Virus record (IMG/VR): IMGVR_UViG_3300017917_000784
Coordinates: 1-64,000 of that record
Reading direction: 5' to 3' (one strand)
Origin: a virus
DNA length: 64,000 nt
The position numbers were made by a program, and so were the translations under genes. Positions 1 to 9,230 of this stretch are shown piece after piece; position 1 is the stretch's first letter, and the number at the start of each line of letters is the position of its first letter. The notes under the pieces are model-generated. The model was not told where the DNA came from. It was given only the letters and a program-made list of their open reading frames with translations, and searched no databases.

Positions 1-300
1 GGTGCTGTGGCACTTGGCACTGCCTGCGATTTAACGGCTAAGGCGTTTGTCGAATTAATTTGGATGAGTCCGGATGTTAAAAAAGCCATAGGCAGTAAAA
101 ATAAACAAATCTTAACAGATGCTATTGCATTTGTATTAGCAAAATCTATCGACAAAGCGGCAGGTGCGATGATTGTACCTCAAAGTTGTGCCGCAGTGGT
201 AGCAGGTATTGTAACAACTCTAGTAGCACAGTTGGCCTGCGAAGGAACATTACCAAGTGGTGCCCGCGAATGGGCAACTGTTGGTGCAAGTGGTTTATAA
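1..300 (+). CDS. Hypothetical Ala/Val-rich protein, 5'-truncated by window edge
   Basis: Frame is open from base 1 to TAA at 298-300; no recognisable motif. Confidence 0.6.
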   Translation, partial: GAVALGTACDLTAKAFVELIWMSPDVKKAIGSKNKQILTDAIAFVLAKSIDKAAGAMIVPQSCAAVVAGIVTTLVAQLACEGTLPSGAREWATVGASGL

Positions 301-316
301 TAAAGGAGCGTAAAGA

Positions 317-823
317 ATGGCAACAGCAGAAGAATACGCAAAAATGAGCGATTCAGAAAAGAAAAAAGAAGATTGGATGAATAACAAATGGCGTCCAATG
401 ATGGGTTGGATGTACATGGTAGTCTGTATGGCAGACTTTGTTGTATTTCCAATCCTATGGAGTATTGTACAAGTACACGGTGGTGGCGAAGTTAAAGCAC
501 AGTGGCAACCTATTACCTTACAGGGTGCAGGATTATTCCACATCGCAATGGGTGCTATTTTAGGTATTGCCGCATATGGTCGTACACAAGAAAAAATGGC
601 AGGAGCCAACAACGGCGGTTTAGCATTGCCAAGTGCTAGTCCAACTCCAAGTTTTAGTGCGCCTGCATCGACACCAAGTTTTTCAGCACCAGCACCAAGT
701 TTCAGTGCTCCAAAACCCACACCGAGTTTTTCAGCACCGGCACCAAGTTTTTCAGCACCAGCACCGGTGATGAGTAGCACAGGTAAACCAATGCCGGTAC
801 AACCTGATCAACCAGAACTATAA
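317..823 (+). CDS. Holin-like membrane protein (3TM / gene-transfer-agent holin type) with Pro/Ser-rich tail
   Basis: AAGGAG SD; KWRPMMGWMY motif, hydrophobic segments, and LGIAAYGRTQEK as recalled for this phage holin family. Confidence 0.6.
   Translation: MATAEEYAKMSDSEKKKEDWMNNKWRPMMGWMYMVVCMADFVVFPILWSIVQVHGGGEVKAQWQPITLQGAGLFHIAMGAILGIAAYGRTQEKMAGANNGGLALPSASPTPSFSAPASTPSFSAPAPSFSAPKPTPSFSAPAPSFSAPAPVMSSTGKPMPVQPDQPEL
641..769 (+). repeat. Coding tandem repeat, five PSFSAP units
   Basis: ccaagttttagtgc / ccaagtttttcagcacc variants repeated; translation PTPSFSAPASTPSFSAPAPSFSAPKPTPSFSAPAPSFSAPAP. Confidence 0.85.
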
Positions 824-835
824 GGAAATAAGTTT

Positions 836-1072
836 ATGAAAAAATTATTAGCATTGTTAATAGCATCTGCATTTGTTATGCCAGTAATGGCTGCAGAAGA
901 AGCACCAAAAACAAAACGTGCCTGCGTAATGCAAAAAGATCCAAAAACAGGCAAAGAAAAAGAAGTATGTAAAACAATTAAAATTCACAAAAAACACGAA
1001 GGCACAGCAGTACCTGACAAAGCACCTGCTAAAAAGGACGATAAAAAGAAACCTGAACCAGCCAAAAAATAA
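836..1072 (+). CDS. Small secreted Lys-rich protein
   Basis: Sec signal MKKLLALLIASAFVMPVMA|A, two Cys, basic C-terminus; AAGGA SD. Confidence 0.7.
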   Translation: MKKLLALLIASAFVMPVMAAEEAPKTKRACVMQKDPKTGKEKEVCKTIKIHKKHEGTAVPDKAPAKKDDKKKPEPAKK

Positions 1073-1078
1073 TCAGGC

Positions 1079-1107
1079 TTGACATAAATTAAAAGGTATA
1101 GTATAAT
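1079..1107 (+). promoter_or_regulatory. Consensus sigma70 promoter for dnaJ-def-clpA
   Basis: TTGACA (1079-1084), 17 bp spacer, TATAAT (1102-1107). Confidence 0.85.
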
Positions 1108-1125
1108 TTTACTATACCTTTTTTT
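1091..1125 (+). terminator. Intrinsic terminator-like inverted repeat overlapping the promoter
   Basis: aaaaggtatagta-taattt-tactatacctttt, running into a T-tract, just after the upstream gene stop. Confidence 0.6.
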
Positions 1126-1130
1126 ACCAT

Positions 1131-1952
1131 ATGAGTGATCACTATAATACATTAGGTGTTGGACGAAATGCCAACCCAGACGAAATTAAAAAGGCCTACA
1201 GAAAGTTGGCTGCCAAACACCATCCGGATCGCGGTGGGGACACCAAACGATTTCAACAAATCCAAGAAGCATACGATATCCTAAGCGATCCAGGTAAGCG
1301 TCAGCAATACGACAATCCTCAACCAGAATTCCGTTTCCATACAGGAAACATGGGTGGGTTCGAAGATATCTTTTCAAACTTTGGGTTTGGAGGTATGGGT
1401 CGTAGACAACAAGTACGAAGAAATAAAAACGTTACTATACAAGTACGCATGACGTTGAAGGATATTTTTGAAGGCAAGGAAGTAGTAGGAAGTATTCGAC
1501 TACCCAGCGGTAAAGACCAAGCACTACAAATAAAAATACCTAGAGGTGTTCAACACGGCGATCAAGTAAGATTTCAAGGCCTGGGCGACGACAGTTTACC
1601 AGGAATAGCCAAAGGAGACTTGATTGCTAATATTGTTCAACTACCGGACGCTCGTTTCCGAAGAGAAGGGCCGCATCTGTTTACTGAAGCACAGATAAAT
1701 GCATTTGATGCTATGCTAGGAACCACTATTATTGTAGATACTGTGGCAGATAGTCGATTAGAAATTTCAGTTCCTGCAGGAATACAACATGGACAAATGA
1801 TTAATTGCAGAGGTCATGGGTTATATGAAATGAACAGACATGACTCTAGAGGTAGCATGTTTGTTGTAATTAATGTTACTACACCTAATAACTTAGAACC
1901 TGGTGACAGAGTAGTGTTAGAAAAACTACAGAGGAAATATGCAGGTCAGTGA
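1131..1952 (+). CDS. dnaJ: DnaJ-class co-chaperone (CbpA-like, no zinc finger)
   Basis: J-domain with HPD motif (KHHPDRGG), G/F-rich linker, C-terminal substrate-binding domain. Confidence 0.92.
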   Translation: MSDHYNTLGVGRNANPDEIKKAYRKLAAKHHPDRGGDTKRFQQIQEAYDILSDPGKRQQYDNPQPEFRFHTGNMGGFEDIFSNFGFGGMGRRQQVRRNKNVTIQVRMTLKDIFEGKEVVGSIRLPSGKDQALQIKIPRGVQHGDQVRFQGLGDDSLPGIAKGDLIANIVQLPDARFRREGPHLFTEAQINAFDAMLGTTIIVDTVADSRLEISVPAGIQHGQMINCRGHGLYEMNRHDSRGSMFVVINVTTPNNLEPGDRVVLEKLQRKYAGQ

Positions 1953-2448
1953 TTTCCAACTTAAAAAAGATCCGGATCCGATACTTTATCAAAAATTAGA
2001 AGATTACGATTTTTCTTGTGGACTAGATCCATATGAAATTGAACGTGTGATGATTGCCATAATGGAAGATGAATATGGTATTGGAATTTCAGCCAATCAA
2101 GTAGGATTTGATAAAAGAGTTGTAATAGTAAAACCAAAAGGACAATCGGCTTTTGCATTGTTTAATCCTGTTATTATAGAACGACACGGAGAATGTTCAG
2201 ACGAAGAAGGATGTCTAAGTTTTCCAGGTTTATTCATGCAGATAAAAAGATCCGAAACTATTACTGCAAAATATCTTGACAAGGATGCAAAAGAATGTAC
2301 AATTACACTATCTGGTATGGATGCCAAATGTCTTCAGCATGAAATAGATCATTTGGACGGGATAGTTTTTACTAGTCATGTCAGCAAAATGAAATTAGAT
2401 TTAGCACGTAAACGTCAAAGGAAATTATTAAATGGTAGAACCAAGTGA
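1939..2448 (+). CDS. def: Peptide deformylase
   Basis: Motifs GIGISANQVG, EGCLS, QHEIDHLDG. Confidence 0.95.
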   Translation: MQVSDFQLKKDPDPILYQKLEDYDFSCGLDPYEIERVMIAIMEDEYGIGISANQVGFDKRVVIVKPKGQSAFALFNPVIIERHGECSDEEGCLSFPGLFMQIKRSETITAKYLDKDAKECTITLSGMDAKCLQHEIDHLDGIVFTSHVSKMKLDLARKRQRKLLNGRTK

Positions 2449-4684
2449 AGAACTACAAGCAGTCTTTGAAAAAGCAGTAGAAGATTGTAAAAAACTCAGT
2501 CACGAATATGTAACATTAGAACATCTTTCATTCGCTATGCTGTGCGAAGAAAAATTCTATGAGTTGTTGACCAACTATGGTGCTAACACAGAATACATCA
2601 AAACTAATCTCGAACATCACTTAAAAACTAAGTGTGAAGATATTATTTTAGAAAACCCTGGCAAATACAAGCCAAAGAAAACACAAGCAGTTGAGCGTGT
2701 TTTGAATCGTGCGTTTACCCAAGTACTTTTTAGTGGACGTCAGAGTATCGAACTGTTGGACGTGTTTCTCAGCATTCTTAGCGAAAAACGCAGTTATGCT
2801 GTCTACTATCTAAACAAAGGCGGAATAGAAAAGGATAAGTTTGCTGACTTTATCAACAGCGAAGTTGAAAGCGAAGAAGAAGAACACACCAGTGATGGGC
2901 AAAGTGAAAAAGCACTTCGTAGTTTTACTACTAACCTAAATGAACAGGTCAAAAAGAGTAAAGTTGATCCTGTAATTGGTCGTGAATTTGAATTAGAACA
3001 AATTGCACTGGGTCTTGGCCGTAGAACAAAGAATAACGTTTTGTTAGTTGGTGATCCAGGTGTTGGTAAGACCGCTATTGCAGAAGGCTTAGCCTATAAC
3101 ATTGTTAACGGCAATGTTCCAAAGTTTTTAAAAGAATACACTGTTTATAACTTAGACATCAGCAGTATGTTGGCTGGTAGTAAGTACCGTGGAGACTTTG
3201 AAGAGCGTTTCAAACTTGTGCTCAAAGCATTACAAAGCAAGGGCAAAACTGTGTTATTCATCGACGAAGCACACATGATTAGTGGTGCAGGTGCAGGAGG
3301 ACAACAAAATAGTAACGATCTTGCTAACATGATGAAGCCTGCTCTAAGCAAGGGCAATATTAAAGTTGTTGCTTCAACTACTTGGGAAGAATATCGCAAG
3401 TACTTTGAAAAGGATCGTGCGTTGATGCGTAGATTCCAACGTGTCACTGTTGACGAGCCTACAGCAGATATGGCACGTGATATTCTTCTTGGAATTAAGA
3501 AATATTATGAAAAACATCATAATGTTATTATTACAGATGAAGCCGTTGAATCAGCAGTTAAACTATCAGTAAAATATATCACTGATAAAAAATTGCCAGA
3601 TAAGGCCATCGATTTAATTGACGTTGCTTGTTCTAGATTTAATATTAAAGAGCAAGACGAGAATCGAATTGTAGATGTTGCTGAAGTACAGTTTGAGCTC
3701 AGCAAAATGGTTAACTTGCCCGAGGAAACTGTTAAAGAAAGAGAAAGTTCTAATTTGGTCAATCTAGAAAAGAACATGAAAGCAGAAGTATATGGTCAGG
3801 ACGAAGCCATTGGCGAACTTATCGATAAGATTTTAGTAGCACAAGCAGGTTTAAAACCAGAAAATAAACCTATTGGAAGTTTTGTATTCATGGGCCCAAC
3901 AGGAACTGGTAAAACAGAAACTGCTAAACAGTTGGCTAAACAAATGGGCATTCCGATGATTCGCTTTGATATGAGTGAGTATCAGGAAAAGCACAGTGTA
4001 TCTAAATTAATTGGTAGTCCTCCAGGGTATGTAGGATTTGAAGAAAATGCTGGCTTGTTGATTACTAAACTACAAGAGCATCCGCACTGTGTTCTGTTGC
4101 TAGATGAAATTGAAAAGTCGCATCCTGATGTTTCAACTATTCTTCTACAACTTATGGACAATGGTAAAGTTACCGGCAGCAACGGTAAAGAAGCAGATGC
4201 TCGGAATGTAGTGTTGATTATGACCACTAACTTGGGTGCCGCAGATGCTGATCGCAATGTCATCGGTTTTGGTAATCAGGATAATGAGTATGAGGATCGA
4301 GAACTTAAGAAGTTCTTTGCCCCAGAGTTCCGTAATCGTTTAGACGGTATTATTACGTTTGGTAAACTCAGCAAAGAAACTATGATTAAAGTAGTGGGCA
4401 AATTCTTAGTAGAACTTAAGACTCAAATTAAAGACAAGGACATTGATATTACTATTTCTGACGAAGCAATAGATTATCTAGTGGATAAAGGCTTTGATAA
4501 GAAGATGGGTGCCCGTCCTTTACAGCGTGTAATCGACAAAGATATTAAACGTCCGCTAAGTAAGAGTATGCTGTTCGGAGACTTAAAAGGCGGCGGGCGT
4601 GTGCGTATCGATGTACGAAACAACGAGTTGATCCTTGAAACTGAAAATGAAACAAATAAAGAAAACCAATCATCTGTTCTATGA
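2432..4684 (+). CDS. clpA: ATP-dependent Clp protease ATP-binding subunit ClpA
   Basis: Clp N-domain, two AAA+ modules (GDPGVGKT, GPTGTGKT), GSPPGYVG, IGF ClpP-docking loop, no ClpB middle domain. Confidence 0.93.
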   Translation: MVEPSEELQAVFEKAVEDCKKLSHEYVTLEHLSFAMLCEEKFYELLTNYGANTEYIKTNLEHHLKTKCEDIILENPGKYKPKKTQAVERVLNRAFTQVLFSGRQSIELLDVFLSILSEKRSYAVYYLNKGGIEKDKFADFINSEVESEEEEHTSDGQSEKALRSFTTNLNEQVKKSKVDPVIGREFELEQIALGLGRRTKNNVLLVGDPGVGKTAIAEGLAYNIVNGNVPKFLKEYTVYNLDISSMLAGSKYRGDFEERFKLVLKALQSKGKTVLFIDEAHMISGAGAGGQQNSNDLANMMKPALSKGNIKVVASTTWEEYRKYFEKDRALMRRFQRVTVDEPTADMARDILLGIKKYYEKHHNVIITDEAVESAVKLSVKYITDKKLPDKAIDLIDVACSRFNIKEQDENRIVDVAEVQFELSKMVNLPEETVKERESSNLVNLEKNMKAEVYGQDEAIGELIDKILVAQAGLKPENKPIGSFVFMGPTGTGKTETAKQLAKQMGIPMIRFDMSEYQEKHSVSKLIGSPPGYVGFEENAGLLITKLQEHPHCVLLLDEIEKSHPDVSTILLQLMDNGKVTGSNGKEADARNVVLIMTTNLGAADADRNVIGFGNQDNEYEDRELKKFFAPEFRNRLDGIITFGKLSKETMIKVVGKFLVELKTQIKDKDIDITISDEAIDYLVDKGFDKKMGARPLQRVIDKDIKRPLSKSMLFGDLKGGGRVRIDVRNNELILETENETNKENQSSVL

Positions 4685-5303
4685 CAAGTATGTAAACAAA
4701 ATCACCATCTACACCCCGTTGGCTGGTGATTTTCGTACTAAAGAATTAGATCGATTAAAAGTTAACTTTGATCACTACAGCCATCTTCTAGAAAACAGCA
4801 AAAATGGTTTTATAGAAGTTGGCTCGTGGAATAAAAAACGCATATCAGTTAGTGACGTATTTGTTGGGTTTAAGTTATTAAATCTTTTAGATTCTGAGGA
4901 AGATTTTGCTGTGCGTGTTGAGGGCAAAGTATTAGGAATTTATTCTAACAACGATGTTCTTATAGAAAAAATACGCTGTTTAGATCCTGGTATAGTTCGT
5001 GAAATTAGCAAGCCTAGCAATGAAATCGTAAAAAACTTTTTGTTGGCCAACCCTAATAAAGTTATTGCAAAAACCTATACTCACAAGTACCGAGTAACAA
5101 TCAATCCTCTACGACACAACAGTGAAAGTTTTCACGAATGGGCTGAAAAAATTCCTAAAATTAAACTTTTAAAACGTACTTACAGAACCGAAGGCTATTT
5201 TTATGCCGCAGATGAAAAAGTACTAGGTTTATGTAAGTTATTTTTAGGCTCTAAAATACGTAGAATAGACGAATTAGTCACAGAAGAGGAAATTTGTGGC
5301 TAA
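4647..5303 (+). CDS. Hypothetical protein
   Basis: Long ORF overlapping the clpA end; no motif recognised. Confidence 0.75.
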   Translation: MKQIKKTNHLFYDKYVNKITIYTPLAGDFRTKELDRLKVNFDHYSHLLENSKNGFIEVGSWNKKRISVSDVFVGFKLLNLLDSEEDFAVRVEGKVLGIYSNNDVLIEKIRCLDPGIVREISKPSNEIVKNFLLANPNKVIAKTYTHKYRVTINPLRHNSESFHEWAEKIPKIKLLKRTYRTEGYFYAADEKVLGLCKLFLGSKIRRIDELVTEEEICG

Positions 5304-5313
5304 AGCAAAATAG

Positions 5314-5321
5314 CATAAATA
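5314..5321 (+). promoter_or_regulatory. T4 late-like promoter (CATAAATA)
   Basis: Resembles T4 late consensus TATAAATA; lies just upstream of the putative head-protein block. Confidence 0.5.
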
Positions 5322-5344
5322 CTCTAATAATGGGTAGTTATGCT

Positions 5345-5701
5345 ATGAAAACATTCAAAGAACTATTTGAAAGCCTTGATAAACCAGAGCACTGGTTAGA
5401 AGAAACCTATCACGGCGATGATTTTTATCTACAATACGGCGACGTAGAAGAAACTTTAGAAGAAGCAGAGTACCGTGGACGCAAAGTTTCCCTAGGTAAA
5501 CCAATGCAGGGCGATGTTAAAAAATTCAAAGTCTATGTGCGTAACCCACAGGGTAATGTTGTCAAAGTAAACTTTGGCGACCCTAACATGAAAATCAAAA
5601 AGTCTAATCCTGCAAGACGTCGCAGTTTCCGTGCCCGACATAATTGCGATAATCCCGGACCAAGACATAAGGCACGTTACTGGAGTTGTCGCAAATGGTA
5701 A
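5345..5701 (+). CDS. Conserved T4-like phage protein (probably DUF6321-like), putative head-packaged
   Basis: N-terminus MKTFKELFE; basic C-terminal RRRSFRARHNC...YWSCRKW domain. Confidence 0.7.
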   Translation: MKTFKELFESLDKPEHWLEETYHGDDFYLQYGDVEETLEEAEYRGRKVSLGKPMQGDVKKFKVYVRNPQGNVVKVNFGDPNMKIKKSNPARRRSFRARHNCDNPGPRHKARYWSCRKW

Positions 5702-6042
5702 AATTATACGAGTTAGATCAGCAATTAAAAAATTTAGAAGATGTAGATTTAGTAGACGATCTACATTACTTCATGAATAACGACCCTAAGTTTTATAGAA
5801 GAATCATGTATCCTGTTCTAAGTCAAGTGAAGAACAAAATAAAACAAGGTCAAGGTTGTAGTCATGATGTATTCAGACCTTGCGTAGATACAGCAGCCAA
5901 ACTCTACTGTAAAAAGTTTCAAATACCAGACAACGATAAATCTGTGTTTACCGATGTTGACAGAGATGCCTTAGCACGTAAAATATTTCAACAAGAAAGT
6001 GAAAGAATTAAACAAGGCACATACGACAGGAACGAACAATGA
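5695..6042 (+). CDS. Hypothetical protein
   Basis: Start overlaps the previous gene end; MVKLYEL N-terminus. Confidence 0.7.
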   Translation: MVKLYELDQQLKNLEDVDLVDDLHYFMNNDPKFYRRIMYPVLSQVKNKIKQGQGCSHDVFRPCVDTAAKLYCKKFQIPDNDKSVFTDVDRDALARKIFQQESERIKQGTYDRNEQ

Positions 6043-6878
6043 TATTATTAGAAGGCGGCAATGTATTTGCAGATGCTACTCCTTTTGATCACAAAGAAGT
6101 ACCTGCAATATTAAAAAGAGTTAATGATGCATTACAGGGCACAGGCATACGTGCTATCCCTGTAGGCAGTGCTGCCACACCAACTCCTGGAAAACAAAGC
6201 GGAGATATGGATGTCATTGTTGACGAAAAGGCTGTGCTAGATTTTTTTAAAGCCAAGGATGCTAAGACTGGCCGTAAAGCATTAAACGATTATATTTCTA
6301 GTAAGGGTCTACAAACTGCGCAGAGCGGTATCAATGTTCATGTCCGTGTACCAACAGAAGATAGTTTTGCACAGGTAGACGTTATGGTGTCTCAAAACGC
6401 AGAACGTGTTTCTCAATTTCACAAACATAATATCCCAGCAGGCAGTCCTTACAAGGGGGTTAACAAACAATTAGTCATGGCTATACTTGCTAAGAGCAAA
6501 GGCTATATGTGGTCAGCGTGGCAAGGATTGTTCAGTCGTACACCAGATGGCAAGAAAGGCGAGTTTGTTACAGACGAACTAGCAGACATAGCAGAGATAT
6601 TAACAGGACAAAAAAATGCCGCAGTGTTAGGCAGTGTGGAAAGTATTTTAGATGCTCTTCCAGATGATCAAGCCCAAGCATTATTAGCCAAGGCTAAAGA
6701 AGATCCTAACTGGAAAGAAATTACTAAAACAGAAGGTATTGCAGAAAATAGTTCTGAATGGTTTAGTGCTATGACCAGTCTATTAGAAACTGCTAATTGC
6801 AAATATGGACGTTATTTTTGTTCAACTGATAAACGTTGGAAATGTCGCGTTCGTCCTAAACAATCAAGGGGTGGTTAA
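6039..6878 (+). CDS. Pol-beta-superfamily nucleotidyltransferase-like protein
   Basis: VGSA...SGDMDVIV (GS...DxD) and downstream QVDVM third acidic residue. Confidence 0.6.
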   Translation: MILLEGGNVFADATPFDHKEVPAILKRVNDALQGTGIRAIPVGSAATPTPGKQSGDMDVIVDEKAVLDFFKAKDAKTGRKALNDYISSKGLQTAQSGINVHVRVPTEDSFAQVDVMVSQNAERVSQFHKHNIPAGSPYKGVNKQLVMAILAKSKGYMWSAWQGLFSRTPDGKKGEFVTDELADIAEILTGQKNAAVLGSVESILDALPDDQAQALLAKAKEDPNWKEITKTEGIAENSSEWFSAMTSLLETANCKYGRYFCSTDKRWKCRVRPKQSRGG

Positions 6879-8122
6879 TGCGACTAAGAGAATTACTTTC
6901 TGAAAAATGGAGCGACAAATACAAACGCTCAATTAACTGTTCTAACCCTAAAGGGTTCAGTCAGAAGGCACACTGCGCTGGCCGTAAAAAGAAAGAAAGT
7001 GTTAATGAAGCAGAAACCAAACAGTTAGGTCGTGCATTTAACCATTTAGAAGATTTAGTTTTCTTTTACGGTAGTAAAGGCACACAAGAAGCATTAAGTC
7101 ATATTAAAGACTTTGCTACACAACAAGGTGCTGAAAGTATTCGTATGAAGTGGGACGGTAATCCTCAAATCTATTGGGGTAGAGAAACAAAGAACGGTCC
7201 ACTACTATTAGGCGGACACAACGGCTGGAGTCGTGGGGCTAAAACTGACAGCCCAGAAGCCATTAAAGATTTTATTTTAAACAAGAGCGGCAGTCCTAAA
7301 ACACCAGACGAAAAGGCCGCACGTGAACAGTTTGCTGATCAATTTGCTAACTTATATGATTATTTTGATCGTGGCACACCTAAAGACTTTGTAGGATTTG
7401 TTTATGCTGATGGGCTGTTCTTACAACGTCCACAATTAGATAAAGAAGGTGTTTATAACTTCTGTCCTAATCCTAAATCACAAACCTGCTATCACGTTCG
7501 TAAAAACAGCGATCTTGGCAAGCGTATATCACAGGCAGATGTTATGGTTGTTGGTCATGCATATTTCCCACAATGGGGTATGCCTGATTCAGCACAAAAA
7601 CCAATTTCAGATTTTAGTCAATTTAATTCTAATCCTAAATTAATAGTGTTAGGTCCTATCTATAATAAAAAGCCTGTTAAGATAGACAATGACAGTGTGT
7701 TGGCCGTAGAAAAATATCTAGCACAACACGCAGGACAAATAGATGGGTTCCTTGCAGACACTGCGGGATTAGCAGATTTAAAAGATATTCTTTACAAGTA
7801 TGTAAATCAAACAGCCAAAGCCAGACAATTAGACGACGTCAGCATGGCACACTTTAAGCAATGGTTAAACACTGCTAAAGTCAGTGCAGGTAAGATGGCC
7901 AAGATTGATGAAAAAATTAAAGCAAATCCTAACGGTCTTGATGCCATATTTAAATTAGTACGTATGATACAAGATATGAAGGACGATGTTATTGATCAAA
8001 TAGAAGGCGAGCAGGGCGACATATGGGACACACAAGGTGAAGGTCGTGTTCGCTATGCTGATCAAGGCAAAGAATTTGGTAATGTAAAACTAGTACCTCG
8101 TAAAAGGTGGACACCGCAATGA
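6878..8122 (+). CDS. Ligase-like phage protein (probably DUF6267-like) with KxDG motif
   Basis: NHLEDL...MKWDGNP, GEGRV and VKLV resemble ATP-dependent ligase motifs I, IV and V. Confidence 0.55.
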   Translation: MRLRELLSEKWSDKYKRSINCSNPKGFSQKAHCAGRKKKESVNEAETKQLGRAFNHLEDLVFFYGSKGTQEALSHIKDFATQQGAESIRMKWDGNPQIYWGRETKNGPLLLGGHNGWSRGAKTDSPEAIKDFILNKSGSPKTPDEKAAREQFADQFANLYDYFDRGTPKDFVGFVYADGLFLQRPQLDKEGVYNFCPNPKSQTCYHVRKNSDLGKRISQADVMVVGHAYFPQWGMPDSAQKPISDFSQFNSNPKLIVLGPIYNKKPVKIDNDSVLAVEKYLAQHAGQIDGFLADTAGLADLKDILYKYVNQTAKARQLDDVSMAHFKQWLNTAKVSAGKMAKIDEKIKANPNGLDAIFKLVRMIQDMKDDVIDQIEGEQGDIWDTQGEGRVRYADQGKEFGNVKLVPRKRWTPQ

Positions 8123-9012
8123 GATTAAGAAAGTTATTTGAAGCGTTAGGCGAAGAAGTTGCCATTATATTTGGCCGCTTTAATCCTCCGCACAAAGGAC
8201 ACAGAGCCGCTTGGGAATTAGCCAGCAAGAGTCCTATATGGTTTGTAGGTACTAATCAAAGTACGCAAGGACCAAAAGATCCATTACCGTTCAATGTTAA
8301 AGTAGAAGCAATGAAAACTGTATGGCCCGAAGTAGAAGGACACATAGTTTCTGAAACAGGATGGTTGACATTGGCCAGCAGAGTATATGAAAAATATCCC
8401 AAGGCTACTTTATTATGCCTTACAGATGAAGATTGGGTTACTAAAACTATTCAACAGTATAACGGCAAGGAAGGCGCACACGGCTACTACAATTTTGCAA
8501 AAATTGAACAGAAGCCCACACCAAGATTAAGTTCAGCCACAGCACTACGTGATGCAGTCATTAAAGGTGACAGAGAAGCATTTACAGTTGCCGCGGGAGT
8601 AGACGCCGATACAAATGTAGCCGGTAAACCTTTCTTTGATCTAGTAGCAGAATACTTACTGCCCTATCAAAATGCTCCTAAAAAAACTAGTAAAAAGAAA
8701 GTTGCAGAGCCTGCAGAAAGTATAAGCGAAGCACCTATTGAAATGAATCCTGAAGATCCTATGGATCCAATGATCTATGGACACGATAAGGCCAATCCTG
8801 GCAGTTTAAAATATCGTATGATGAGAGCATCAAAACAACTAGCAGATCTTGCCGTCCGTGCTGAAAACGCTGGCCCTGGGGAATGGGACACTATTACTAA
8901 ACATTTTCAAGAATTAAAAATGAACATTGAGCAGATACGTCACGGTTTAGAAGAACTACGTAAAATGCGTAGTCGAGGTGGTCGTGGAAGTAGAGGCATA
9001 GAGAAATTCTAA
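8119..9012 (+). CDS. Cytidylyltransferase/NMNAT-like (HIGH) protein with extra C-terminal module
   Basis: FGRFNPPHKGH and SSATALR motifs. Confidence 0.8.
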   Translation: MRLRKLFEALGEEVAIIFGRFNPPHKGHRAAWELASKSPIWFVGTNQSTQGPKDPLPFNVKVEAMKTVWPEVEGHIVSETGWLTLASRVYEKYPKATLLCLTDEDWVTKTIQQYNGKEGAHGYYNFAKIEQKPTPRLSSATALRDAVIKGDREAFTVAAGVDADTNVAGKPFFDLVAEYLLPYQNAPKKTSKKKVAEPAESISEAPIEMNPEDPMDPMIYGHDKANPGSLKYRMMRASKQLADLAVRAENAGPGEWDTITKHFQELKMNIEQIRHGLEELRKMRSRGGRGSRGIEKF

Positions 9013-9230
9013 TGGACATAAAAGATTTAAAACGTCTTGCTGGCATAGAAGAATTCAAAGGATATAAACCTGTTGAAGGTATTAATATCTCTCATACAGG
9101 CACAGAAAAACGTGAGCTTGAACGTAAGCATAACATTAGACCCGGCACACCCGAATGGTTCCAATTATGGTTTAGTCTGCCTTATATGACTGGTGAAAAA
9201 CCAGTGGGTAAAGGAATCAGAGACAAATGA
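9012..9230 (+). CDS. Hypothetical protein
   Basis: Coupled start and stop; IRPGTPEWFQLWF segment. Confidence 0.65.
   Translation: MDIKDLKRLAGIEEFKGYKPVEGINISHTGTEKRELERKHNIRPGTPEWFQLWFSLPYMTGEKPVGKGIRDK

Noticed and set aside
641-769. Repeat array as possible CRISPR
   Set aside because: Units are in-frame, degenerate at synonymous positions and lack unique spacers.
295-780. 161-aa minus-strand ORF with GAEKLG repeats
   Set aside because: Antisense shadow of the PSFSAP repeat in the holin-like gene, which has the SD and family motifs.
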